In this document: piece by piece, positions 39,483-53,397 of the stretch
Numbering within the stretch: position 1 is the stretch's first letter
Layout: the number at the start of each line of letters is the position of its first letter
Source of the DNA: Albugo candida
Lineage: Eukaryota
Assembly: GCA_040437565.1 (NCBI GenBank)
Contig: JBDOQK010000014.1
Location: 496,001-560,000 of the forward strand
Length of the DNA: 64,000 nucleotides
Reading direction: 5' to 3'
Notes under the pieces: model-generated
Told to the model about the DNA's origin: nothing
The model's database searches: none
The model's input: only the letters and a program-made list of their open reading frames with translations
Position numbers and translations under genes: made by a program

Positions 39483-40163
39483 ATGAAAGGTGTCACTGCG
39501 GTAATTACTTCCTGTTTGGGTGGCCGAAGTGAAATATACGCGATCCGAGTGGAGCAGAATAACGCGATGAGTCACTTTGTGTACAAAAACTTGCATGATT
39601 TCGAGTTACTGTGGGAAAATTTGCAAAGGAAGAATGAGAATGAGTGCACTGGAAGTTCGTCGCGAAATAAGTGTGTGTTACACAAGTGGCTTTCCTGTTT
39701 TATGGAACGCTTTGCCTATCAAACGGTACTGAAAACATTACGCACACAAAACAAGGAGACCATCACGTTCCTGAATTTTTTCTTGCAAATTGTCGTACAA
39801 CGGATAACGACATTATATATCGATCCCCAAAGCGCATCTTGTCCAGAAGAAGGAAATTTCTCAACTATAATCGAAAACTTCTTAAGACTGTCATGTGAGC
39901 AGAGTTCTCCTTTGCATCCTTCTCAATTCAGCATGCGACATCAGCAAAGAAAAGAGGACAAATATAGTTCAACCGCTCCAATTTTCCCAGCACGATGGGG
40001 AAACGTATCGCAATTACACCCTTCGTCTACAGGACTTTCGCCTAGAAAACGTCGATGCAGAACTAATTTGGAATCTCTCACAATGGGACACAAGCATGAG
40101 AGTAATAGAATGGCTGCGTCATTACCAACACGTCAACGAGTTTTTGCTGAAGTGGATTTCTGA
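39483..40163 (+). CDS. Hypothetical protein (226 aa), possibly PX-like N-terminus
   Basis: Uninterrupted ORF; YAIRVEQ...FVYKNLHDFELLWENL loosely resembles the PX-domain strand/helix pattern. Confidence 0.6.
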   Translation: MKGVTAVITSCLGGRSEIYAIRVEQNNAMSHFVYKNLHDFELLWENLQRKNENECTGSSSRNKCVLHKWLSCFMERFAYQTVLKTLRTQNKETITFLNFFLQIVVQRITTLYIDPQSASCPEEGNFSTIIENFLRLSCEQSSPLHPSQFSMRHQQRKEDKYSSTAPIFPARWGNVSQLHPSSTGLSPRKRRCRTNLESLTMGHKHESNRMAASLPTRQRVFAEVDF

Positions 40164-40468
40164 ATTTTTATTTATGGCATTAAGTTGAAAGAATCAGGAA
40201 GGTCTTGAGCACTAAGGGCGATCATGAGTCCATCGGTAACAAGCAAGAATGTGGTTGGACATTTACAAGTACTCGCATATCAGGTAGATTCCCCTACACC
40301 CCTTGCAATAAAAGGCGTTTAGTGATTGCATTTACATAAGTCGCTTGAACACTATTTCGAATCTTGCACACAGTGATTTAAAATCAAAACGTACATAATC
40401 TTAGGATCAGCTTTTCTCATTCTTTTCATTGAAGTTGCACCTTTCATGCGAGAAGTACACTATATCAT

Positions 40469-41962
40469 CTAAGAAGCGTTCAACCATGCGCTGATTTGAC
40501 TGTACGCGATACTTTTCACATCAAAATTGAAGTCGTTCTCACTTAGTTGCAAAATCTTAATTAGACCTTCATTGGAATCATCGAAAACAGTGATGTACAC
40601 AGTTGGCTCCGTTGAAGGACGTGATGCGAAATTGTCCGCGCCTGCCTGTATGCTTCCATCGTAGAAGTAATAATGAGTCGATACTTTGTCATGTTGTACG
40701 TTTGTCTCAATTACTTCCGCGATATCTAGCTCGCCGCATCCACCGATACCGCCTTGGTTTCGACAGTTGCATTGATATTGATTACTCCGCACGATCTGTG
40801 CGTTCAACAGCCAAATAGCTGGTTGATTCGTTGTATTTCCTGGCGGCATCATGACTTTTGCGACAAATATCTTTTTACCACCATTCCAACCATGAAACCC
40901 GTAATCCCCATAATATCCTTTACAGCTCTCCTGTCCGTTCTCAGAGTCAGCACACTTCTTTGATGTCATTATATTGATTTCTGCGCCAGTTTTTGCACCA
41001 GCAGTCCAAGTTTGGCCACCGGAATCAGATGCATCTGCCAAAAGACCGTCAAAATGGGTCGGTGAGGTGGCTGATTCTAACCCGTTTGCCGATGCGTAAG
41101 CTTGCGGACTCCTTTCACCGCTATAATCGATATTCGCGTTATTCATGAAAACGATATTGTCATCATCAGGAATGTCTTTGTCATAATAAGAGACTCGGTC
41201 CCATTGATCTCCGTGCGCCACAAATATTGCGATATTGTAAATGATCATTGGTCCACGAAAAACCATTGTGGCTTCTTCACTCATTGGGCCAACCGGATTA
41301 GAGAATTGCACCGTTTCTCGGGAGCAATCTTTCAAACCCATCACCATTTGGTACGATCCAGCTACATTACCTGCCTCTTTGCCGGTATACGTGAAGCTTG
41401 ATTGTACAGTGATAGGATGAGGTGGGTCGTTTGTTCCTGGTGATCCGTTTAAGGTGGAATTAGAATTTGACGGGCAAAAGGTAACCAAGAAATCCACACT
41501 AGCGATGCAATTATGCGTCTTTGTATCGTCAGTCGGGTACAAGTAAGCGTCAGGACACGCTTCACTTTCACAGACGAGTCGGATGCATGGTGGCGATTGT
41601 GACGGGTCGCTTGGGGTGATGGATATTGGGACATTGTACCCAACTTTTCCCGTTAGAGATTTACAGTTTTCATAACTCGAGCAGTAACCACCACCGGGGG
41701 ACACTGTGCTGATATCGTACCAAGTTCTCGAGGTTTCGACACTTATTTCAACAAGCGTAGCATCAGGACTAGTTCCGTGACGAAACATGTTGTTGTATCC
41801 AGGCGTGAAAGAGCGCTCGATTGATCCACCACACGCAATGTCTTCTACGCGTTGATTATCAAAAAGGTTGATTGTGTAACTACACTGATTTTTGAATGTG
41901 AAAATCACAGCGGAGGTAAGTCCCAGACATGTTCCAACGAATAGTTTGAAGACGAGAATCAT
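40469..41962 (-). CDS. OPEL-like secreted protein: thaumatin-like domain plus TOS1-like glycoside hydrolase
   Basis: Signal peptide MILVFKLFVGTCLGLTSA; thaumatin motifs FTFKNQCSYTI, WYDIS, GYNVPISITP, CPDAYLYPTDD; TOS1 motifs FRGPM, PAIWLLNAQIVR, GCGELDIAE. Confidence 0.88.
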   Translation of the reverse strand: MILVFKLFVGTCLGLTSAVIFTFKNQCSYTINLFDNQRVEDIACGGSIERSFTPGYNNMFRHGTSPDATLVEISVETSRTWYDISTVSPGGGYCSSYENCKSLTGKVGYNVPISITPSDPSQSPPCIRLVCESEACPDAYLYPTDDTKTHNCIASVDFLVTFCPSNSNSTLNGSPGTNDPPHPITVQSSFTYTGKEAGNVAGSYQMVMGLKDCSRETVQFSNPVGPMSEEATMVFRGPMIIYNIAIFVAHGDQWDRVSYYDKDIPDDDNIVFMNNANIDYSGERSPQAYASANGLESATSPTHFDGLLADASDSGGQTWTAGAKTGAEINIMTSKKCADSENGQESCKGYYGDYGFHGWNGGKKIFVAKVMMPPGNTTNQPAIWLLNAQIVRSNQYQCNCRNQGGIGGCGELDIAEVIETNVQHDKVSTHYYFYDGSIQAGADNFASRPSTEPTVYITVFDDSNEGLIKILQLSENDFNFDVKSIAYSQISAWLNAS

Positions 41963-42441
41963 TGTACAAGTTTCGTCGAGAAATTTGTTTTCGGTAGGAT
42001 TGGTACGCACTTGGTACGAATGCTTTGGAATTAAAAATGACCACGATTGTCACAAACATACTTAAATACCAAACCGACTTTATCCGTTGCGTTAAATTTT
42101 TGACACAGCGCAAAATCTTCAAACGTGCGAACTTGTGTGTTGATACTGACTCAGATAGATCTTTGTTCTGACATCAAATCCGTTGTTTTAAACTGACGTT
42201 CGAAAAGCACCCGTAACGGTCACTCACTTCAACCAAGAAGGTGCAGTTTTGTCGTCAGGGATGGGTTGATGTCTCGTTCATACTTTTTTTACTATTCAAA
42301 CGACAGTATTGAAATACCGACGTGCGAGCAACGCCATAGTACCATGGGCGATCCAACCCAAAGATTTTTTGGTTGTGCCTCACTTTTATTGGAAGCTAGC
42401 CTAAATTGAGGTATGTCGAACACAACGTTTTATCATTTCTA

Positions 42442-43417
42442 ATGTTGGAATGGGTATGCCTCGCTCTACCCGCGGGCATCCTCTGTGGATTTCTGAGAAA
42501 AAAGCAAAAGCTTACAAAATCGAAAAAGAATATCCTCAGCTGGGCGATTATATTGTTTACCGCTAAAATGGTTCGTATCAATTATTTACTTCTTTAACGC
42601 ATAATATTTCTACCTTACAAATACAGACAAACGTTTCTACTGCTTTTCTTGTATTCAGCGTCTTACTGATCGGAGGAGAAATGGGCAATTCAGTCGTAGC
42701 GATTGGACTTACCGGTGGAATTGCTACTGGTAAAAGTACCGTTTCAAAGATTTTCCAGGAAGCTGGTGCGATCATTGTGGATGCCGATGTGATCGCGCGT
42801 AAGGTCGTAGATCCGGGCAAGCCCGCCTATCGCCGAATAATTAGCGCGTTTGGCGAAGACATACTCAATGAGCGCGATAAGACCATAGACCGAGCCAAAC
42901 TTGGTGCTCTGATATTCAACGACATCAAGAAAAGGAAAACACTCAATGCTTGCACTCATGTAATTATTTTGACCTTAATAAGCTACAAATCTTCACTTCC
43001 TCGCTACCAAACTGTAGAAATATATCATTTATGAGATGTTCAAACGCCTTGTATTGCTGAAACTGATATATCGTCACCAAATCGTGATTTTTGACGCGCC
43101 GCTTTTATTCGAAACACATTTTATGGAATTATTTTGCTATCCGATTATTGTGGTTTCTTGCCCAAAAGCCATCGCGATCGATAGGATGAAAAAGCGGAAT
43201 CAACTTGGAGAACACGAAGCAGAACAACGAATTTGTGCGCAAATGTCGCTAGAGGTACATGAATCGTACTCAATGTCATCGAGCTTGGATATAACAGGAC
43301 CTTCTCCGATAGCTAAAAAAGCAAAAAGCACACTTTGTCATCGAAAATAGCGGTTCAATTGACGAATTGACCGAACAAGTAAATCATATTGTTAGCGCAC
43401 TACGGAAAATTCCGTAA
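42442..43417 (+). CDS. coaE: Dephospho-CoA kinase with N-terminal hydrophobic segments
   Basis: IGLTGGIATGKSTVS, IVDADVIARKVV, IDRAKLGALIF, DAPLLFE and RICAQMSLE; multi-exon. Confidence 0.9.
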
Positions 43418-43547
43418 TGCATGCTGAATCAAACGTAAAAGTTTACATATGTCATTTTGTCTTGACACCACTGTGGCAGCGTGTCGTTCATTTAATTCAG
43501 CATGTACCGATTACTGGCACGTGTGACTGACAAAATGAACCACAATG

Positions 43548-44656
43548 TCACTTTGCGTACGGACAGATTATTATCGATGGATGCGCTTGTCTCAGATGCG
43601 TTTTTTCAGCAATATTTGGTGCGTAATATGCGATTTTGCCACCATTAATGATATCATACGATCGTCCGGCAGATACCTCATTCCGAAGGTGCGTCGCGCT
43701 GGTCGCAAAAAATGTGAGATTGAGAAAACTTTCCTCCATTTGTCGTACCGTTTGGTCTCAAAAGGTTGAGTCGAATCAGCTGACTGAGCAAGTAGTGAAC
43801 TCATGACGCTTGAATCGCACCTCGATGAGATTTTTTTGGCAGGTTTGATCTCTGCATTATTATGACTGATAAAATGTATAAGTCAGTTACTGAGGAACCT
43901 TTTTAACAATGAGCAAATACCTCAAAAAGTCTGAACGATATGGCTCTCCACGATTGATTCTTGGGGTTGTTTGGTGATTGCCGACATTTAATACGTCTGA
44001 GGTCATGTGCGCTGCTTTCCTACGATACGTATGAGATGTGATAGGATCAGAAAGCAACAGCGCTCACACTAGCTGTTGGGATCTTCGATCTCGCATCTCC
44101 TTTTTTGCGATATCATTAGCAGCTTGATAGTAGTCTTTTACAAAGTGCAGTCGCTCCCGACGATCTTGTGGCGTCATTAGACCTTCCGGAAGGGCAATCG
44201 ATCGCGGGGGAACGCGGTACACAATCTCAGGTTCCTGTGTGATACTTTCATATTTGCTTTGTACGGGTACAGCCTGCAAGAACGCTTACAACATGCACAT
44301 TGACTAAAAATGCAATTTCCTTACATTCGGATTGTCCGACGGTCTTCAATTTGTAGAAGAAATCAGTAGGTAGTTTTGATGTCATTGAAGTATATAACGT
44401 CGTACCTAATGAGATTCTTTTCCGTTGATACGATAGGTTTCTTGTACGCTTCACGACAGTCTTTTGTAGGTACATAGTTGGTTGGAGGATTAAAGCGAGA
44501 GAATGGCTTTGAATCAAATTCCTGGCCGTTCCAAACTGCTTTTGAGCTCGATAAAATCGAATGTTTATGATTGTATCGTGGCGGATCAAAATATTGCTTC
44601 AACTGATCGGCGCTTGAAACAGTGATCTGACGCGTGCCCGAATTCATGTCGCTCAT
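43548..44656 (-). CDS. Hypothetical multi-exon protein
   Basis: Consecutive minus-strand ORF pieces separated by GT-AG intron-like gaps. A truncated duplicate lies at 45172-46124. Confidence 0.55.
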
Positions 44657-46312
44657 TTCTTCGGTAATAGCATTCGTTGCGAATTTATAAATAGATAAGT
44701 ATTGGCGTTATCGATATATTATTATCATTGACTCAGGTGAGGGAATTTACACTACTTTCGGAATAGAGGCTACTAGCAAAAATACGAAGGCCATTGGACA
44801 TTTTCAAACTATACAAGCCCAGGAGCAAATCACAGTACAGTACCATGGGCGGTGGAAATGGACAGAAAAGTAAGACGAAACGAGATCGCAACAACGAGAA
44901 AAAAATGAAAGAGCAGAAGCAAAAGTTACACGGGGAAACCAGAGGGAAAATGACAGCTGACAAAGAAGCGATCAGGTGTAAAGTCTGCTTGACAACTTTC
45001 ATGGTCACCGCTAGCGTACGTTTCTATATTTGTGCCTTTATGATGGCTAACACACTAGGCTGATATTTTTTNNNNNNNNNNNNNNNNNNNNNNNNNNNNN
45101 NNNNNNNNNNNNNNNNNNNNNNNNNNNNNNNNNNNNNNNNNNNNNNNNNNNNNNNNNNNNNNNNNNNNNNNCGCAAAAAATGTGAGATTGAGAAAACTTT
45201 CCTCCATTTGTCGTACCGTTTGGTCTCAAAAGGTTGAGTCGAATCAGCTGACTGAGCAAGTAGTGAACTCATGACGCTTGAATCGCACCTCGATGAGATT
45301 TTTTTGGCAGGTTTGATCTCTGCATTATTATGACTGATAAAATGTATAAGTCAGTTACTGAGGAACCTTTTTAACAATGAGCAAATACCTCAAAAAGTCT
45401 GAACGATATGGCTCTCCACGATTGATTCTTGGGGTTGTTTGGTGATTGCCGACATTTAATACGTCTGAGGTCATGTGCGCTGCTTTCCTACGATACGTAT
45501 GAGATGTGATAGGATCAGAAAGCAACAGCGCTCACACTAGCTGTTGGGATCTTCGATCTCGCATCTCCTTTTTTGCGATATCATTAGCAGCTTGATAGTA
45601 GTCTTTTACAAAGTGCAGTCGCTCCCGACGATCTTGTGGCGTCATTAGACCTTCCGGAAGGGCAATCGATCGCGGGGGAACGCGGTACACAATCTCAGGT
45701 TCCTGTGTGATACTTTCATATTTGCTTTGTACGGGTACAGCCTGCAAGAACGCTTACAACATGCACATTGACTAAAAATGCAATTTCCTTACATTCGGAT
45801 TGTCCGACGGTCTTCAATTTGTAGAAGAAATCAGTAGGTAGTTTTGATGTCATTGAAGTATATAACGTCGTACCTAATGAGATTCTTTTCCGTTGATACG
45901 ATAGGTTTCTTGTACGCTTCACGACAGTCTTTTGTAGGTACATAGTTGGTTGGAGGATTAAAGCGAGAGAATGGCTTTGAATCAAATTCCTGGCCGTTCC
46001 AAACTGCTTTTGAGCTCGATAAAATCGAATGTTTATGATTGTATCGTGGCGGATCAAAATATTGCTTCAACTGATCGGCGCTTGAAACAGTGATCTGACG
46101 CGTGCCCGAATTCATGTCGCTCATTTCTTCGGTAATAGCATTCGTTGCGAATTTATAAATAGATAAGTATTGGCGTTATCGATATATTATTATCATTGAC
46201 TCAGGTGAGGGAATTTACACTACTTTCGGAATAGAGGCTACTAGCAAAAATACGAAGGCCATTGGACATTTTCAAACTATACAAGCCCAGGAGCAAATCA
46301 CAGTACAGTACC

Positions 46313-46635
46313 ATGGGCGGTGGAAATGGACAGAAAAGTAAGACGAAACGAGATCGCAACAACGAGAAAAAAATGAAAGAGCAGAAGCAAAAGTTACACG
46401 GGGAAACCAGAGGGAAAATGACAGCTGACAAAGAAGCGATCAGGTGTAAAGTCTGCTTGACAACTTTCATGGTCACCGCTAGCGTACGTTTCTATATTTG
46501 TGCCTTTATGATGGCTAACACACTAGGCTGATATTTTTTTGGTAGCCTGTAGCGCTCACCGATCACTTTGAAAGCAAACATGTGTCGAAAGGGTATACAA
46601 TTGCGCAATGTTTCCCGCAGTTAGAATCGTCATAG
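46313..46635 (+). CDS. ZNF706/At2g23090-like small C2H2 protein
   Basis: MGGGNGQKSKTKRDRN...CKVCLTTFMVTAS|PVALTDHFESKH. A gap-truncated duplicate lies at 44845-45071. Confidence 0.85.
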
Positions 46636-47167
46636 AAACCTTCTGTATTGCATAAAATGTTTTTTTTTGTGATATGACAATCATTCTTTCATTGCCTTCC
46701 TTGATTAGGACTCGAACAAAACCCGCTGTACCACCTGCAAAATAGTTGCTTTCAAGTGATAGGTACATTGCATTATCAGAATGAATGTCGACAACTTTTG
46801 AGCATCGAGGTTATATATATATTGAGGTTTAAGCGAAACCGAATGAGAATTCAAGGATATCAAGACTTATACAATGTTGAAGCTAGCGGTTATAACGACA
46901 TCTCACACTTTTCAATATACACACCTGCATGTATAAATCATTGTACGCTTCACTCAAAATGGTTTACCACTACGAATATCATCATAACGCTATACACTTC
47001 ACACTTCAACGTATACTGTCGTTCTATTATTCGAAGCAGTACCATCGAGAACCGGTTGCGGATACCTCAGCGCATCAAGGCTCTGTGATGCGGAAGAAAG
47101 TCTCTCTTTGTACCTAACCGACACAAGAAAGAATATCTGACAAACTCTCTGCATCCTCTCTTACACC

Positions 47168-48236
47168 ATGGAGACACGCTCGTCACCTTCTATGAAAGAG
47201 CTCCGTGCGATCGCTGCCGAGCGCGGACTCAAGTATTATCTTCATCTATCGAAACCGGAGCTCTTTTCTTTATTACAACGCAAAGAAGGCGGCGGGTCCT
47301 CCACACAGCGACTCGATCTCAATATTGGAAACACTTGCTGCAGCAAGAAATCCTTTGCTTCTAGCTCAATAAATAAACAGTGGATGAAGGGAAGGCGTTG
47401 GAGTCTCCGTCTTTCACTGAAAAAACACAGTCTCAAAATCGGGGAAAGTTCCCGTAATTGTGCTAAAATGCGCAAACGACCGATCAACACAGTCGATCCG
47501 ATTACGTTGGATGAGCTTGGACCGCATACCGTGAGATTTGATATTTATAGTAATTATTGAGCTTGATCTTTCTCTTCGCTAGTTTGAGATTACTCGTGCC
47601 AATGGATCCATTGTTGCCTACAATGTGGAGAATCTAGTGCAATACATTCTCGCAACTGGAGATTTTACAGAGCCTGAAACGCGAGTTCCATTTTCAGACG
47701 AGGATTTAGCCCGTCTTGATTATAAGGTGAAATGTATCCAAGTTGAAGATTTTGTCTCAACTGAAATTTTGATGATATCAGGCAAAAGCTGCCAAATTGG
47801 ACAAAGATAGTGTGGTGAATGCTAAGAAGAATAAACATATTTTCGACGAACAAAGAATCAAACGTGATGGAATTTTGGGTACGAAGTTTTATTTTTCTGT
47901 ATATTCGCTTTATAATTCTTTTTCTGAATCACAGCGCTTGAGCGATGTGCCGGAGAGCTCATTACGAACATGCTGAACGTGATTGAAGGGGAAGATGCAG
48001 AAGACGGACAACTCAAATTGATTATCGATCTATTCCCATCGTTTGCATCAGTTTTCAATCAATTACGCAAGAGTGATTGTCACTACGCAAAGCAGTGTAT
48101 GACTCATTTCCACGATTTTCTGATTGGGCCACCGAATCGCCCCAATGTTGATCGTTGTGGTCTTCTTCCTGCGGTTTTAGAATTTTTAGATTCTGTCCTT
48201 AAAGAAAAACAAAATGAAAGCGCTTTTGGCTTTTAA
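47168..48236 (+). CDS. Hypothetical protein with HEH/Rho-N-like N-terminus and U-box-like segment
   Basis: MKELRAIAAERGLKYYLHLSKPELFSLL; VDPITLDEL...LVQYILATGDFTEPETRVPFS; four exons with GT-AG introns. Confidence 0.65.
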
Positions 48237-48468
48237 AAATGAGATGACGTTTTTACTTATTCTTGAAAAGGATTGGTTACCATTCTGCCATCGCGTATTT
48301 TCATTGGGTAAGAGGCTAGATTTGCGGTTGTTATTGGCTGAGCTCGACTGTTGCATCNNNNNNNNNNNNNNNNNNNNNNNNNNNNNNNNNNNNNNNNNNN
48401 NNNNNNNNNNNNNNNNNNNNNNNNNNNNNNNNNNNNNNNNNNNNNNNNNNNNNNNNNTTATTGGCTGA

Positions 48469-50732
<2,264 letters not shown>

Positions 50733-50767
50733 TACACTGATAACACAATTTCAACCAATATGTGTCC

Positions 50768-52410
50768 ATGAGTCGGAAGAAAGCGGTTTGGTCGCCAAAT
50801 GAGTTGCGTCAGTTTTCGATTTGCACAAAAAGTATGGCACACGGTGGGATAAATTCACTGAGATATATGTTTATTGATCGCTGGAGGAGATATCGGCATT
50901 GTATGAAATCCAAAAGGACTATTTATCGCTTCCGGAAACTACTGCGGAAGCTTTGCAGGCGATCGTAAATAAGTATTATCGCAGTTTGGACACCGTGCCG
51001 TATGGGCACGTAAAGGCGCACATTTATGGAATTGATGATTTTGAATACGACGAATAGAAACTTCGAATCAAACTGCACTCATATCTTTCAAATGCAAAGT
51101 CGAAAAATAAAACAATAGGATTTTGTCAGCGAAAAAAGTCGACTCGTATCTGTAAAACATTTTGAGCTCCTTGTAGCTTTTTCATTCGACATCTCATTGT
51201 AGAAACCTGACTTTGTGGAGCTATCTCATGCAGGAGCTGCATTTCTTTTGAATTTTAAAGCGTTGAGACCCTAGAAGAGCGGTCTCCCATGGTTTCAGTG
51301 GTTCTATTTATTCTTGATGATTCATTCTTTGCTCATAATGAGTTTATTGAATGCCTTAGTAATCTCCGATCTCAACGAGAATGTGTCCACTTTTTTACTG
51401 TATGGATATTCAAGCAAATGAATAGATAATGGAAGCAACTCATAAGTGGTCATCCATTCGCGCGTCAATAGACCATCCACGTCGTCTGAGCGGTAAGAAA
51501 AAGAACGACTCCAAGCTTCTCGTAAGTCGCATAAAACATACCGGCGAGGTTCGTTGTATCACAATTTCGACTGCAAGCTGACAGATTTGGTACAGGCAAC
51601 CGGCTAAAAAGATGAAATGATGAAACATTTTCGCGAAGGAAAGAAAGGATTGGGTACAGCCTATCCATCATCCTCCAGTACTCAATTCGTTGCGGTAATT
51701 GCGATCCCTGTCGACGATCATGGTGAGATCAAAGCAGCGCGTACTGTCAAATTTGACGTTATTCACTGCAGTTGTCATGTTAAATTGGACAAAGACGACC
51801 ATAGCACCGCTGTCAATCTTGTTGGAGACCGAGGAGCAACTCTATCAGAAATGGACGCGATTCCATCGCCAGGATTATCAAAGTTTTCTTCAACCCGTTT
51901 ACGAAAGATTCACGGCGTTGTACTTGAGTTGCTAATGCTCAGGCGTAAAGAGCATCTTTTGATTGCCATTTAGTTATTTCAACAACGAAATGCATCTAAT
52001 CGAGGTGTAAAGAAGCAAGCAAACTGGTTGAGGCGGATTGGACGTCACAAATCAGTATTTCAATGCAGAGTTGGTAACGCTAAGAGAGGGAGGAAATGGT
52101 GAGCTTCAGGCTAATCATCAGTACTGACAGTGACGTCGTACTGGTAATAGAGCCCAGGCCCACGCATGCAACCTGACCATCAACGACTTCAACTGGAGTA
52201 GATCGAGGATATGTGAAAATGGCGATGAAGTATGGACCTAAAGTCATCGGACAAATAAAGAAATCGAATTCCGACATGGTTGCTGACTATGTGACGCGAG
52301 ACACAAAAGATGTCATCGCAGGATGCACAGCATTGTTTGCCTACATCTGCACCGACGAATATATAAAGCATATCCCGTCCACACTGTCAAAAAAATCCTG
52401 CATGAAATGA
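50768..52410 (+). pseudogene. LIN9: LIN-9/ALWAYS EARLY (MuvB/DREAM subunit) pseudogene
   Basis: SANT WSPNELRQF/FDLHKKYGTRWDK...LYEIQKDYLSLPE; DIRP WFY/..DDSFFAHNEFIECL and WSSIRASIDHPRRLS; Tudor-like VIAIP...HCSCHVKLD. Frameshifts at ~50815 and ~51310 and TGA at 50875-50877; 3' end uncertain. Confidence 0.75.
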
Positions 52411-52620
52411 TGACAACGATACAGCTCGCCACAGTGAGAATGTCGCCTTGCACATGAGATCAAAGCAATCGCTGAGCAGATTCAGACCACACTATGATCA
52501 ATTATGATTGATTTTTCGTCGTAGAGAAAATTCTCACGATGTACTGACCAAATGCCCGTCATAATATATGCCTTCATTCAGTTGAGAAAAAATTCTTGCG
52601 CATTTACTGACATTATCGAA

Positions 52621-53397
52621 TTACGTCCCCTTTACCTGTGGTCCACGATAAGGAGCGCTCTGAACATGAAATTCTGTGGGAATGTACTTTTTTAATCGAT
52701 AATACTGCTTCCCCATAAGTGATACTGCTTCATCATCTACTTTATAATAGCTGCAATCCCTTCCTTCCTCTGTGTTGTATGGAGGTGCCAAAATATCAAA
52801 TATTGCGCATCCTTCTTTATCATCGGCTAAAAATTCATGAAGATTTCCACAAGTAGGACTCAGAGCTGTTGTGCATGGAGCAGAAATAATAGAATCTTGA
52901 CGCAAGATTCCAAGCAGTCCATCTTCGCTTTTCAGTTGTACAGGATCAAACGATCGTATTCGGAGAGAGCCATATAGAATACGCGATATGACCGTCATTC
53001 CAGGGTGGTCATGAAGAGGAATAGAAGCTCCAGGAGACAATACAAAGATTCTGGATGCAACACAAGTGAGTGTGAGGGCATGCAGTGAAGTATTTGACGT
53101 TCCTTACCCCATCGAAACGCTTTCATTTTCCCAAACATGCTGATACTTGACGGAAGTTGAACTAAAATTATCTATTGGACGCTTTTCTGGGAGATTGACT
53201 ACTAGTTTATGGTGAGTACAGGTAACAGGATCTTGTTGAATGAAGGACGTACAATGCTCTGGTCCGAGATTTTTGCATAGTGAAATGATACTTTCGACTT
53301 CCTCCGCTTTTAAACGCCCTTTCCGATTCGAATGGAGAAAAAATTGTAATTTGTTACGTAGTTTTAGAAGCAATTCCTTTCCAACGGAAAATGCCAT
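52621..53397 (-). CDS. ADO: Cysteamine dioxygenase / plant cysteine oxidase family (PCO_ADO)
   Basis: IPLHDHPGMTVISRILYGSL, GNLHEF, AIFDILAPPY and RDCSYY; introns. Confidence 0.92.

Noticed and set aside
43704-46539. Tandem duplication of ZNF706-like and hypothetical genes
   Set aside because: Identical 1368-bp copies flank a 100-N gap; assembly artefact.
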